Shown here in pieces: positions 1 to 7,899 of a DNA stretch of 32,000 bases. Positions within the stretch are counted from its first letter, which is position 1; each line of letters begins with the position of its first letter. A program made the translations under genes and the position numbers. The stretch covers positions 1,798,638 to 1,830,637 of the forward strand of contig CBDBCD010000002.1 of the NCBI GenBank assembly GCA_965202815.1. Direction: 5' to 3'. Origin of the DNA: Dehalococcoidia bacterium (GTDB lineage: Bacteria > Chloroflexota > Dehalococcoidia > Lucifugimonadales > UBA1123). The notes beneath the pieces were generated by a model. The model searched no databases. It was given only the letters and a program-made list of their open reading frames with translations, and was not told where the DNA came from.

Positions 1-654
1 ATCTCCGCCCCCGCCAAGGGCGACGCGCTCACCGTCGTGCTCGGAGTCAACGAGGACGACTACGACCCGGAGCGTCACAACATCGTCAGCAACTCATCCT
101 GCACCACCAACTGCATCGCGCCCATAGTCAAGGTGCTGCACGACAATTTCGGCATAGAGCGCGGCCTGATGACGACCGTCCACGCCTACACCAACGATCA
201 GCGCATCCTGGACAAGTACCACTCCGACCCTCGCAGGGCCAGGGCTGCCGCCCAGAACATCATTCCCACGACCACCGGCGCGGCGAAGTCCGTCGGTATC
301 GTAATGCCCGAACTGGCGGGCAGGATCAACGGCATGGCGGTGCGCGTGCCGACCCCAACCGTGTCCCTTACTGACTTTGTGGCTACTCTCGGGAAAGCGG
401 TGTCGGCGGAAGAGGTGAACGACTCGTACAGGGAGGCCGCTTCCAACGGCCTGAACGGGATCCTGGACTACACCGAAGAGCCGCTCGTGAGCGCCGACTT
501 CATACGAGACCCCCACAGCGCTATCGTTGACGGAACGTCCACCATGTCGCTCGGCGGCGATATGGTCAAGGTCGTCGGTTGGTACGACAACGAGTGGGGA
601 TACTCCTGCCGCACAGCCGACCTCGCCGCCTTCGTGGCGGACAAGGGCATATAG
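1..654 (+). CDS. gap: glyceraldehyde-3-phosphate dehydrogenase, 3' portion (5' end outside window)
   Basis: Frame 1 is open from base 1 ([21 protein letters not shown]...). Has the active-site SCTTNC motif and the [10 protein letters not shown]-terminal signature. Stop TAG at 652-654. Confidence 0.95.
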   Translation: MSAPAKGDALTVVLGVNEDDYDPERHNIVSNSSCTTNCIAPIVKVLHDNFGIERGLMTTVHAYTNDQRILDKYHSDPRRARAAAQNIIPTTTGAAKSVGIVMPELAGRINGMAVRVPTPTVSLTDFVATLGKAVSAEEVNDSYREAASNGLNGILDYTEEPLVSADFIRDPHSAIVDGTSTMSLGGDMVKVVGWYDNEWGYSCRTADLAAFVADKGI

Positions 655-667
655 CCCGGACGCACGT

Positions 668-1510
668 ATGGCAGACACCGCGACAGTCCAGCAGAACATC
701 CAGACCGTCAGGGCGCTGTCCAACGACCTGGCCGGTTTCCTGCACACGCTCCCGGACGACGTGTGGCGCGACCCCGACACCTACGCCAGCGCGTGCGCCG
801 ACTGGAAGGTAGCCGACGTCGTAACCCACCTGATTACGATAGCCGGCATGAAGACCATGAGCATCCAGCGCGCGCTCAGGGGCGACTCATCTCCGCCGAT
901 GGGATACACGCCCAGGTCCGCGGAGGAGCGTCTGGATGAGTTGGTCAATCTCAGGGAGGCGTACTACGAGGACATCTTCTACGAATTCAACGCGTCCTGC
1001 CTGCGCCTGAACAGCCTCCTGATCGGACTCGAACCCGATCAGTACGACCTTCCCGCGTGGCACCCGGCCAGGGTTATGGATGTATCGCGGCTGATAGAAC
1101 TTCGCGTCATAGAACTCGCCGTTCACGCATGGGACATACGCTACGTCTTCGACCGCGGCGCCAGGATCAACCCGGTCGCCTTGCCGTTCCTGAAGGGGTG
1201 GGTCCCCAACTGGCTGCGCGCGTCGTTCCGCAAGCCCACGAACATCGAGGACAGTGTGATATTCAGGTTCAATCTGACCGATTCCGAAGGTGAAGCTCAC
1301 GACCTCAGAGTATGTGCCGAATCATTCACGCTCGAACCCGCCGACCTCGCTTCGGACGCCGACGTTGCTATATCGCTCGATTCCAGCGCCTACATCCTGT
1401 TCTTGATGGGCCGCGTGAACCTGCGACGCTCGGTCCGCAGACGTCAAATCGGGCTGGAAGGCGACATGGAATTAGCCAGCAAGTTCGGAGAATGGTTCGT
1501 CGGCATCTGA
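668..1510 (+). CDS. DinB/MDMPI-type protein (maleylpyruvate isomerase N-terminal domain family, TIGR03083-like)
   Basis: ATG at 668, 13 nt after the gap stop. The track start at 527 overlaps gap in another frame. The N-terminal region (WKVADVVTHL...) resembles DinB/MDMPI helical-bundle proteins. Family call is from motif memory only. Confidence 0.6.
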   Translation: MADTATVQQNIQTVRALSNDLAGFLHTLPDDVWRDPDTYASACADWKVADVVTHLITIAGMKTMSIQRALRGDSSPPMGYTPRSAEERLDELVNLREAYYEDIFYEFNASCLRLNSLLIGLEPDQYDLPAWHPARVMDVSRLIELRVIELAVHAWDIRYVFDRGARINPVALPFLKGWVPNWLRASFRKPTNIEDSVIFRFNLTDSEGEAHDLRVCAESFTLEPADLASDADVAISLDSSAYILFLMGRVNLRRSVRRRQIGLEGDMELASKFGEWFVGI

Positions 1511-1516
1511 CGTTCG

Positions 1517-2218
1517 CTACCCAGACAGACGCTCGCCAAGCTCCACGAAATTTCGCGCTACGATGTCGAAGCGCGAAGTGTCGCCGGGGTCCTCGCCCTT
1601 GCCCGGGCCGAACTCGTCAGGCCTGAAAACATAGGCGGTCCTCAGACCGGCCTCGCGCGCGCCGTCAACGTCGTAGGCGTGGGCTGCTGCCATCATCACA
1701 TCGCCGGGCTCCGCGTCAAGCATCCTCACCGCTCCCAGGTACACCTCCGGGTTCGGCTTATAGGTGCCGAACATCCCGGTAGAGAGCACGCAGTCCCAGG
1801 GCAGCCCTCCGTGCTTGGCAAGCGACACCAGCAGCGACAGATTCCCGTTCGACAGCGTTCCGATGATATGGTCCTGCTTCATCAGCGTCAGCCCCTCTAC
1901 CGTATCGGGCCACGGGTTCAGCCTGTGCCATGCACCATTAAGATGGGCGACTCTTTCCTCAGGCAGGTCGTCCGCCCCCAAATCGAGCAGCATCCCATCC
2001 AGTACCTCGCGATGGATAGCGTCCATCGTAATCCAGTCCCTTTCGCCCCGCGCTATCCTGCCCTGCAAATCACGGAAGCCCGCGCGCCACCTGTCTGCCA
2101 TCACGGGCCAGTCCGCATCCAGCCCGTTCTCGCTGCCGAATCCCTCCAACTCCGCGATAATCGAGGACCGCCAGTCCACGGTCGTCCCGAACACGTCGAA
2201 CAGTATCGCTTTCATCAT
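1517..2218 (-). CDS. haloacid dehalogenase type II (HAD superfamily)
   Basis: MMKAILFDVFGTTVDW nucleophile motif, then TLSNGN, YKPNPEVY and AAHAYDVDGA in the HAD-II order. ATG at 2218 or 2215 is preferred over 2236. Confidence 0.85.
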   Translation of the reverse strand: MMKAILFDVFGTTVDWRSSIIAELEGFGSENGLDADWPVMADRWRAGFRDLQGRIARGERDWITMDAIHREVLDGMLLDLGADDLPEERVAHLNGAWHRLNPWPDTVEGLTLMKQDHIIGTLSNGNLSLLVSLAKHGGLPWDCVLSTGMFGTYKPNPEVYLGAVRMLDAEPGDVMMAAAHAYDVDGAREAGLRTAYVFRPDEFGPGKGEDPGDTSRFDIVARNFVELGERLSG

Positions 2219-2287
2219 ATATCTCCGTTGACCCAATCGCGCTATGATACACGAAGCTCAAAATTCCGCTAGGAGAAACAGAACCCC

Positions 2288-2938
2288 TCACGCCCTGTGG
2301 GTCTGGTGCGCCCAAATGGCGAGTTCGACGCGGTTGCGAACATCGAGCTTGGTCATAAGACTGGTGAGGTGAGTCTTGACGGTACTGAGGCTGACGCGCA
2401 GTTCGTCAGCTATCTCAGCGTTGGTCAGACCCCGGGAGACAAGCGCCAGCGCTTCTTCTTCCCGCTCCGTCAGGGGTGTAGCGGGCTGAGCGAGTTTCCC
2501 CCTGTCCGTACCCCGTGCGAAGGTCGAGAGCAGCCGCGCGGTCACGCTGGGGCTGATGAGGGCGTCCCCGTTTGCGGCGGCGTGAATCGCCTGGACCAAC
2601 AGCTCGGGTCCCGCGTCTTTGAGCACAAACCCACGCGCGCCCGCCCTTAGCGCGTTGTACACGTATTCATCCAGGTCGTATGTGGTGATCATGACGATAG
2701 CGAAGGGCGTATCGGCCTGCGGTCCGGCCAGGATGCGAGTGGCCTCGATGCCGTCCATTTCGGGCATACGTATATCGAACAGGCAAACGTCGGGCCGTAG
2801 TCGGCGGGCAAGAGCGACAGCCTGTCGCCCGTCGGCGGCCTCGCCTATCACCTCGATGCCGGGCTGGTGGTCCAATATCACGCGCAGCCCAGCGCGTATG
2901 AGAGCTTGGTCGTCGGCAACCAGTACCCGGACAGCCAT
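2288..2938 (-). CDS. two-component response regulator, NarL/LuxR family
   Basis: Receiver motifs VLVADDQ and LFDIRMPEMDG. C-terminal LuxR HTH (LTEREEEALALVSRGLTNAEIADELRVSLSTVKTHL). Start lies 3 nt after the kinase stop. Confidence 0.95.
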   Translation of the reverse strand: MAVRVLVADDQALIRAGLRVILDHQPGIEVIGEAADGRQAVALARRLRPDVCLFDIRMPEMDGIEATRILAGPQADTPFAIVMITTYDLDEYVYNALRAGARGFVLKDAGPELLVQAIHAAANGDALISPSVTARLLSTFARGTDRGKLAQPATPLTEREEEALALVSRGLTNAEIADELRVSLSTVKTHLTSLMTKLDVRNRVELAIWAHQTHRA

Positions 2939-2941
2939 TTC

Positions 2942-4081
2942 TTAACCTCCGGTCTTGGGGATCAGCGCGTCAACAATCCAACGACCATCCGGCCCGCGGC
3001 CCGCGCTAAGCTGGCCGCCAAGCATGGACACACGTTCAGTCATGCCAATGATCCCATAGCCGGACCCGACGCGCGCGCCGGGCCTGGCGGGATCGCCGTC
3101 GTCGGTGACAGTCAGGCGAATCGCTTCGGCGGTCCCATTGACGCGGACAGTGATTCGGCTCGCTCGGCGGGCATACTTTCGGGCATTGGTAATGGACTCC
3201 TGCGCGACCCGGAACAGACCCGCCTCCACCGACGCGCTGAGATCATCCAATTCTCCCTCCAACTGCGCGCTGACGGGGATCTCTCCCGCGCCGGCGTTGG
3301 CAACCCGTTCGATGTCGGAGACCGTATGACTCGACTCGATTGGCGCGTCGCCGTCCCGTAGAACGCCGATGATCTGACGCATATCCTGAAGGCTTCTGGA
3401 GGCGGTCTCTTCTATTGTCGCCAGAGTTTCCAAGACGGTTTCCGGGTTTGACTTCGCCACAGCGCGTCCGGCCTGGGCCTGTATGGCGATGGCGGTCATT
3501 CTGTGGGCGAGCGTGTCGTGCAACTCGCGGGCGATCTGGTGGCGCTCTTTGAAACGCGACTCGATGGCTCGCGCGTGGCGCAATTCTGCCAAATGGCGCA
3601 TGGCCGCGCCGCTCAAGACCGGCAAGCATATAGCGATACCCTTGAGTATCATCCCCGTGAAATTGTCCGAAGGTATATTCCAGGCGATCATCCAGCAGAC
3701 AGCGGCGACACCCAGGCCGAGCGCGATCTGGCGGCCCGGCGCCCAGCGCGTAAGAACGTGCGTCAACACGAGCAAGGTGAATGGGTTGACCAGATGGCTC
3801 TCAACATTGGTGACGAGCATTTCGAGGTGGAGCACTCCATAGCCGCTGAAAGCTATGACGGTCGCCGGGAGCGGGTAGGCTCGCGCCCATGGAATCACCA
3901 GAGGCGCGACGATTGCGACACCGACCACGACCGGGCGCCACCCTACGTCCGACCGCAAGAATCCCTCCAGCAGACTGGCGGCGACCAGCGCGAACATAAG
4001 CAGCCAGTCTCTCCATGTCTGCTCCGGGGGATCCAGGGCCAGGGGCAACTCCCACAACCTTTGCAATGCGCCCGTAAACAT
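2942..4081 (-). CDS. membrane sensor histidine kinase, HisKA_3 (LiaS/NarX/DesK) type
   Basis: The N-terminal ~170 aa are hydrophobic, with several TM spans and no large extracytoplasmic loop. H-box IARELHDTLAHRM. ATPase boxes ESITNARKYA and GSGYGIIGM. Confidence 0.9.
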   Translation of the reverse strand: MFTGALQRLWELPLALDPPEQTWRDWLLMFALVAASLLEGFLRSDVGWRPVVVGVAIVAPLVIPWARAYPLPATVIAFSGYGVLHLEMLVTNVESHLVNPFTLLVLTHVLTRWAPGRQIALGLGVAAVCWMIAWNIPSDNFTGMILKGIAICLPVLSGAAMRHLAELRHARAIESRFKERHQIARELHDTLAHRMTAIAIQAQAGRAVAKSNPETVLETLATIEETASRSLQDMRQIIGVLRDGDAPIESSHTVSDIERVANAGAGEIPVSAQLEGELDDLSASVEAGLFRVAQESITNARKYARRASRITVRVNGTAEAIRLTVTDDGDPARPGARVGSGYGIIGMTERVSMLGGQLSAGRGPDGRWIVDALIPKTGG

Positions 4082-4337
4082 GGCCGAAGTCTAACATACC
4101 GAGATCTCGGGGGCATTGGCCGAAAGTATGACCCGGGACCCGACCAATCGGCTGATCGAAATCCGGCCTTTCTCCCGATTCGCGCCGGACTCCCCGCGTG
4201 TCAAGATTGCTTGTGACTCCTACAACCGGAGTTGTGGCCTCGCCGCATCGGACGAGCGCCAAAGCGAATACAAGCCCGGAGAACCGCGAAACAACCTATG
4301 TGGGTTACACAAACCAATGCCGAACGGGAGAAGTTGG

Positions 4338-4850
4338 ATGGTCCGACAAGCGCAGCGCCTACACAGAAGCCGCGACAACCGACTCCTATTCGGGGTCGCT
4401 GGCGGATTGGCCGAATACTTCGACGTTGATCCCGTTCTGATCCGCATGGGGTGGATACTGCTGACAGTCGCCACAGTAGGGATTGCGCTGCTGTTCTACA
4501 TCGCTCTGGCGATTATCACACCCAAAAACAGACAGCCCGCAGCCGGGGTCATACCAGGGGAGGACGACATGGACGAGGAACCAACAAGTAGAAATATGGC
4601 TGGTAGAAATGTGGCTAGAAATGCGCTTGGGATCGGGCTGGTAGTAGTCGGCGCTATCATACTACTCCACCAGTTGGACGTGATTGGCGCAATACGATGG
4701 GACATCGTCTGGCCTGTGGGTATCGTGGTTCTGGGCATCATTATCCTGAGACCCAACATAGCCGCGCTCCACAGCAGACTGCCGGTGTCCAGGGCCAGAT
4801 CAGGGGACGACGGCTCAGGCGAGAGTTCAGCTATTGAGTCCAGGCGCTGA
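4338..4850 (+). CDS. PspC-domain membrane protein with C-terminal LiaI/LiaF-like TM region (paralog 1)
   Basis: RLHRSRDNRLLFGVAGGLAEYFDVDPVLIRMGWILL is a PspC domain. ATG 4338 is preceded by gggaga. The paralog at 6004 starts at the equivalent residue, so the track start at 4116 is rejected. Confidence 0.8.
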   Translation: MVRQAQRLHRSRDNRLLFGVAGGLAEYFDVDPVLIRMGWILLTVATVGIALLFYIALAIITPKNRQPAAGVIPGEDDMDEEPTSRNMAGRNVARNALGIGLVVVGAIILLHQLDVIGAIRWDIVWPVGIVVLGIIILRPNIAALHSRLPVSRARSGDDGSGESSAIESRR

Positions 4851-4853
4851 TCC

Positions 4854-5813
4854 GTGATGGCTTCAGTCTCGACAAACAACAGGCTACGCGGCTCCTTCCT
4901 GGCAGGGTTTCTTCTTATAGCGCTTGGCGCGCTTCTGCTGCTCACAACCACAGGAGCGGTGTCCTTCGGCATCTGGTTCGAGATCGTGGACTATTGGCCG
5001 GTACTGCTGTTGCTGACCGGTATGGAGATCATCCTCGCGGCGCGCGCGCTTCTCATACGTGCGGGAGTTATCGCCGTGACTCTGGGGGCAGTAGTTTCCG
5101 CAGCGTACATCTCAATGCCTGATTACGATCCACCTGAGCCGCTGCGCGCCGGGTATGTGGAGCCGCTGGGGGACGCCCAGAGACTGCATCTGAGTATGGC
5201 GTTCATTGGAGGCGACGTGGAGCTTACGTCGGACACGACTGTTTCCGGTTCTTTGACCAGACTGCTGGCGGCTGACTTCGGGAGCCACCCCTCTCGCGTC
5301 ATCCGCGAACAGTCGAATGGCGACGTCGAGTTCCACATGGTGTCCTCCGGGCCATTCCTCAGACATTCCAGCTACGATGGCTACACCAGACGCGAGAGCG
5401 AGATCAGCTTTCCCGTTGGCTTGGCGGACTGGAATCTGGCGGTGTCTCCCGACGTGGAGGTAGATATTGAAATCAGCGCCGGGGCCACGGACCTAGCTCT
5501 CGATCTTCGGGATCTCAATGTACGCAATCTCAATGTCGAGGCCGGAGCGTCGGACATCAGAGTCCAGCTTCCCGCCAACGTGGGGCAGACATACGTAGAT
5601 ATCGCAGCCGGAGCCACCGATGTCGAGCTCTTAGTGCCGGATAATGTCGCCGCCCACATAGACATCGCCTCGCCGCTGGGTTCAGCCTGGATTGACCCAT
5701 CCCGGTTTATGGAAATCGAGGATGACGTGTACCGATCAGCCAACTATTCCGAATCGCGGAATCGCGTCTGGGTGGATATTGAAGCCATTTCCGCCGATGT
5801 CACCGTCAGATGA
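4854..5813 (+). CDS. LiaF-like protein: LiaI-LiaF-type TM region plus C-terminal toastrack (DUF2154/DUF4097-like) beta domain
   Basis: Starts (GTG 4854 or ATG 4857) 4 nt after the PspC stop. Has N-terminal TM helices. The C-terminus has repeated G-A-x-D strands (ISAGATDLALDL, VEAGASDIRVQLP, IAAGATDVELLVP) typical of the LiaF C-terminal domain. Confidence 0.7.
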   Translation: MMASVSTNNRLRGSFLAGFLLIALGALLLLTTTGAVSFGIWFEIVDYWPVLLLLTGMEIILAARALLIRAGVIAVTLGAVVSAAYISMPDYDPPEPLRAGYVEPLGDAQRLHLSMAFIGGDVELTSDTTVSGSLTRLLAADFGSHPSRVIREQSNGDVEFHMVSSGPFLRHSSYDGYTRRESEISFPVGLADWNLAVSPDVEVDIEISAGATDLALDLRDLNVRNLNVEAGASDIRVQLPANVGQTYVDIAAGATDVELLVPDNVAAHIDIASPLGSAWIDPSRFMEIEDDVYRSANYSESRNRVWVDIEAISADVTVR

Positions 5814-5871
5814 TCTCCGATGCTGTATCAGTTTGGTCGGCGGACTAAATCGAGACTTGCGCCGCCCCACC

Positions 5872-5900
5872 CCTAGATACCCGCTTTCGCGGGTATGACA
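5872..5900. repeat. REP-like GC hairpin element, copy 1
   Basis: cctagatacccgctttcgcgggtatgaca. Stem atacccgc/gcgggtat. It is the reverse complement of the element at 21611-21640 with a few mismatches. Confidence 0.5.
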
Positions 5901-6003
5901 ATGAGGTGACCGACTAGGTTGATACAGGTTCATGAGTTCGCGCCGCTCTTGCCCAGCCGGGCATTGTGATATGCTTAGCTGACCGTTGAGCAGGAGGAAT
6001 TGG

Positions 6004-6441
6004 ATGGTTCAACAAGCGCGGCGACTCCATAGAAGTCAAGACAACCGGTTCCTGTTTGGGGTAGCGGGCGGGCTGGCCGAGTACTTTGATGCCGAACCTG
6101 TCCTGATTCGTGTGGGATGGGTGCTGCTGACGATAGCGACGGCGGGAATCGCCGCGTTGGCGTACATCGTAATGGCGATATTCACGCCGGATAGCGAGCG
6201 TCAGCAGATCGAGTTTACAAGCGAGCCCTCGAGCGATTCCCGTGACGGCATAGTCGAATCCGACCGCCCGTCAAAGAGACACATTCTCAGGAATATGCTC
6301 GGGGTCGGGCTGATAGTAGCCGGTATGATCATACTGCTCGGAAATCTGGGTGTGTTTGGTTCGATACCATGGGAGATCGTTTGGCCGGTGGCGATTTCGC
6401 TTTTGGGGGTGATCATCCTGTTGCCGTCCATTCGACGCTGA
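6004..6441 (+). CDS. PspC-domain membrane protein with LiaI/LiaF-like TM region (paralog 2)
   Basis: ATG 6004 lies 5 nt after caggagga. MVQQARRLHRSQDNRFLFGVAGGLAEYFDAEPVLIRVGW closely parallels the 4338 protein at both termini. Confidence 0.8.
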   Translation: MVQQARRLHRSQDNRFLFGVAGGLAEYFDAEPVLIRVGWVLLTIATAGIAALAYIVMAIFTPDSERQQIEFTSEPSSDSRDGIVESDRPSKRHILRNMLGVGLIVAGMIILLGNLGVFGSIPWEIVWPVAISLLGVIILLPSIRR

Positions 6442-6456
6442 AACGGGATGTGGAAA

Positions 6457-6533
6457 TGGCAGGAGCGGCAGGATTCGAACCCGCGACCCTCGGTTTTGGA
6501 GACCGATGCTCTACCAGCCTGAGCTACGCTCCT
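6457..6533 (-). tRNA. tRNA-Trp (anticodon CCA), CCA end encoded
   Basis: Reverse complement folds as AGGAGCG-TA-GCTC..GAGC-A-TCGGT-CTCCAAA-ACCGA-GGGTC-GCGGG-TTCGAAT-CCTGC-CGCTCCT-G-CCA. Confidence 0.95.
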
Positions 6534-6537
6534 GCAA
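6495..6537. repeat. 43-bp direct repeat, copy 1 (tRNA-Trp nt 1-39 plus 4 bp of 5' flank)
   Basis: tttggagaccgatgctctaccagcctgagctacgctcctgcaa is identical to 30298-30340. Identity ends at the anticodon-loop/3'-stem boundary. Confidence 0.95.
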
Positions 6538-6607
6538 AGCTATTTTGGCGTTATCTGAGGTCTAATTTTCGTTTTTGCTGACGCTTATGCTAACGAAAAT
6601 CTTTGAA

Positions 6608-6782
6608 CTAATCCTCGAACGCCTCCGCCGCAGCGACGTCCATCTCCCTCAGAACGTGAGAGTAGAAGATGTCCATCGTTGTTGCTATTGTACTATGTCC
6701 GAGCCTCTCTTGTACAACCTTCGGGTGAACCTCGGCTTTCATCGGAATGGTAGTGTGCCCGTGACGGGAGTCGTGCAGCCGC
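6608..6782 (-). pseudogene. tyrosine recombinase/integrase, C-terminal catalytic fragment only
   Basis: RLHDSRHGH...VVQERLGHSTIATTMDIFYSHV matches box II (HxxR, LGH, Tyr nucleophile). Homology stops at 6782, where the IS5-like terminal repeat begins. The track ORF continues to 6901 by chance. Confidence 0.75.
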
Positions 6783-7624
6783 ACACTAGCAGGCTGCTGA
6801 AAAACGCCGCCTGAGCCGCGTTCTCCTGGTTGGCAAGATACAATGACTCCAGTATCCCATCTGTCCAGGAGACCGTCCAATGAGAGGCAAACGCAATCCA
6901 CAGTCCACCATGCTCGCCTTCGTCAACCTCGACGAGCGAGTCCCGCCAGACCACCCTCTCAGAACCATCAAGCAGGTCACCGACGATGTACTCTCCCGCA
7001 TGTCCGACGACTTCGACAGCATGTACTCGCGGGTAGGCAGAGCCTCGGTTCCACCTGAGAGACTGCTGAAGTCCCTGCTTCTGGTCTCCCTGTACTCGAT
7101 ACGCAGCGAGAGAGCGTTTTGCCAGGAACTGGACTACAATCTGCTGTATCGCTGGTTCCTGGACATGGATCTGATGGAGCCGAGCTTCGACGCGACCGTG
7201 TTCACGTGGCCCAGAAGAAGAGATGGTCGGCGATAGACGGTCGTACCACCTGCCACCAGAGCTACAGGGCGAGCCAGAAGGGTACGCAAGCGTGTTGAGT
7301 CTATCTTCGGGTGGATGAAGACTGTGGGAGGCTTTCGTCGGAGCCGGTATCGTGGGGTGGAGAGGACCGGACTGTATGGTGAGATAGTGGCTACCGCGTA
7401 CAACCTTGTGAGAATGTCGAGGCTGATAGCCGAGGAGGAGACCAAAGTCCCCGTCATCGCATAGCCTTCCCGGGGCGAGGTGTGTCTGTGCGACACCGCA
7501 TAGGGTGATAATGGCGGTATCGGCGGCCTGCTGAGGTCCGAAAAGACCGAGAATGTAGGCTGTCACGCAGCGAGCTCCTCTTCTACGCGGCCCTCAAACC
7601 CATTCTTCCGCACCCTGCTAGTGT
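6783..7624 (+). mobile_element. IS5-family insertion sequence remnant, internally deleted
   Basis: Imperfect terminal inverted repeats: 6783 acactagcaggctgctgaaaaacg versus the reverse complement of 7624 acactagcagggtgcggaagaatg (20/24). They enclose the transposase fragments. No target duplication seen. Confidence 0.6.
6880..7464 (+). pseudogene. IS5-family DDE transposase, N- and C-terminal pieces only
   Basis: N-terminal part, 6880 to about 7205: GRASVPPERLLKSLLLVSLYSIRSERAFCQELDYNLLYRWFLDMDL. C-terminal part, 7237-7464, in another frame: RKRVESIFGWMKTVGGFRRSRYRGVERTGLYGEIVATAYNLVRM. The DDE core is missing. Confidence 0.7.
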
Positions 7625-7899
7625 TTGTGAGTTCGTCAAAGCGACACCCGCAGAAGTTCAACGTACCATCGAGACCTATCAAACCTGCCAAGCCCAAGAA
7701 GCCGAAACAGAGGAAGACAGCGCGACATCCCTACGCCAAGAAGGGTGAGCGGCTCTGAGGGAAAATCAGCCAACCAACTACAACCAAACGGAACCCTTCC
7801 AAAAGAAGCCCCTGTTCGGTGTCCCGGAGGTCATTGTCCCGCTCGTACTCCACCACTACAGATCTGTCGCCAGAGGTGACAGAAGTGAGTGAGAATCGG

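Noticed and set aside
527-667. Upstream extensions of track ORFs (527 for the MDMPI gene, 4116 for PspC, 13690 for the SBP, 20414 for MBL, 26831 for formamidase, 30387 for the reductase)
   Set aside because: The extensions overlap neighbouring genes or non-homologous sequence. Internal starts have better RBS spacing and match the N-termini of paralogs or family members.
94-780. 228-aa minus-strand ORF antisense to gap
   Set aside because: It lies fully opposite a clearly recognisable GAPDH frame and has an Arg/Gly/Ala-rich low-complexity composition. This is a typical GC-rich shadow ORF.
6579-6596. 11-mer cgcttatgcta shared between 6582-6592 and about 30553-30563, considered as a possible extra att-arm similarity
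   Set aside because: Shared 11-mers are expected many times by chance in 32 kb, and the two positions are not collinear relative to the tRNA pieces.
6739-7566. 275-aa minus-strand ORF spanning the IS5-like remnant
   Set aside because: It is antisense to recognisable transposase fragments and crosses the IS boundary. It is not coding.
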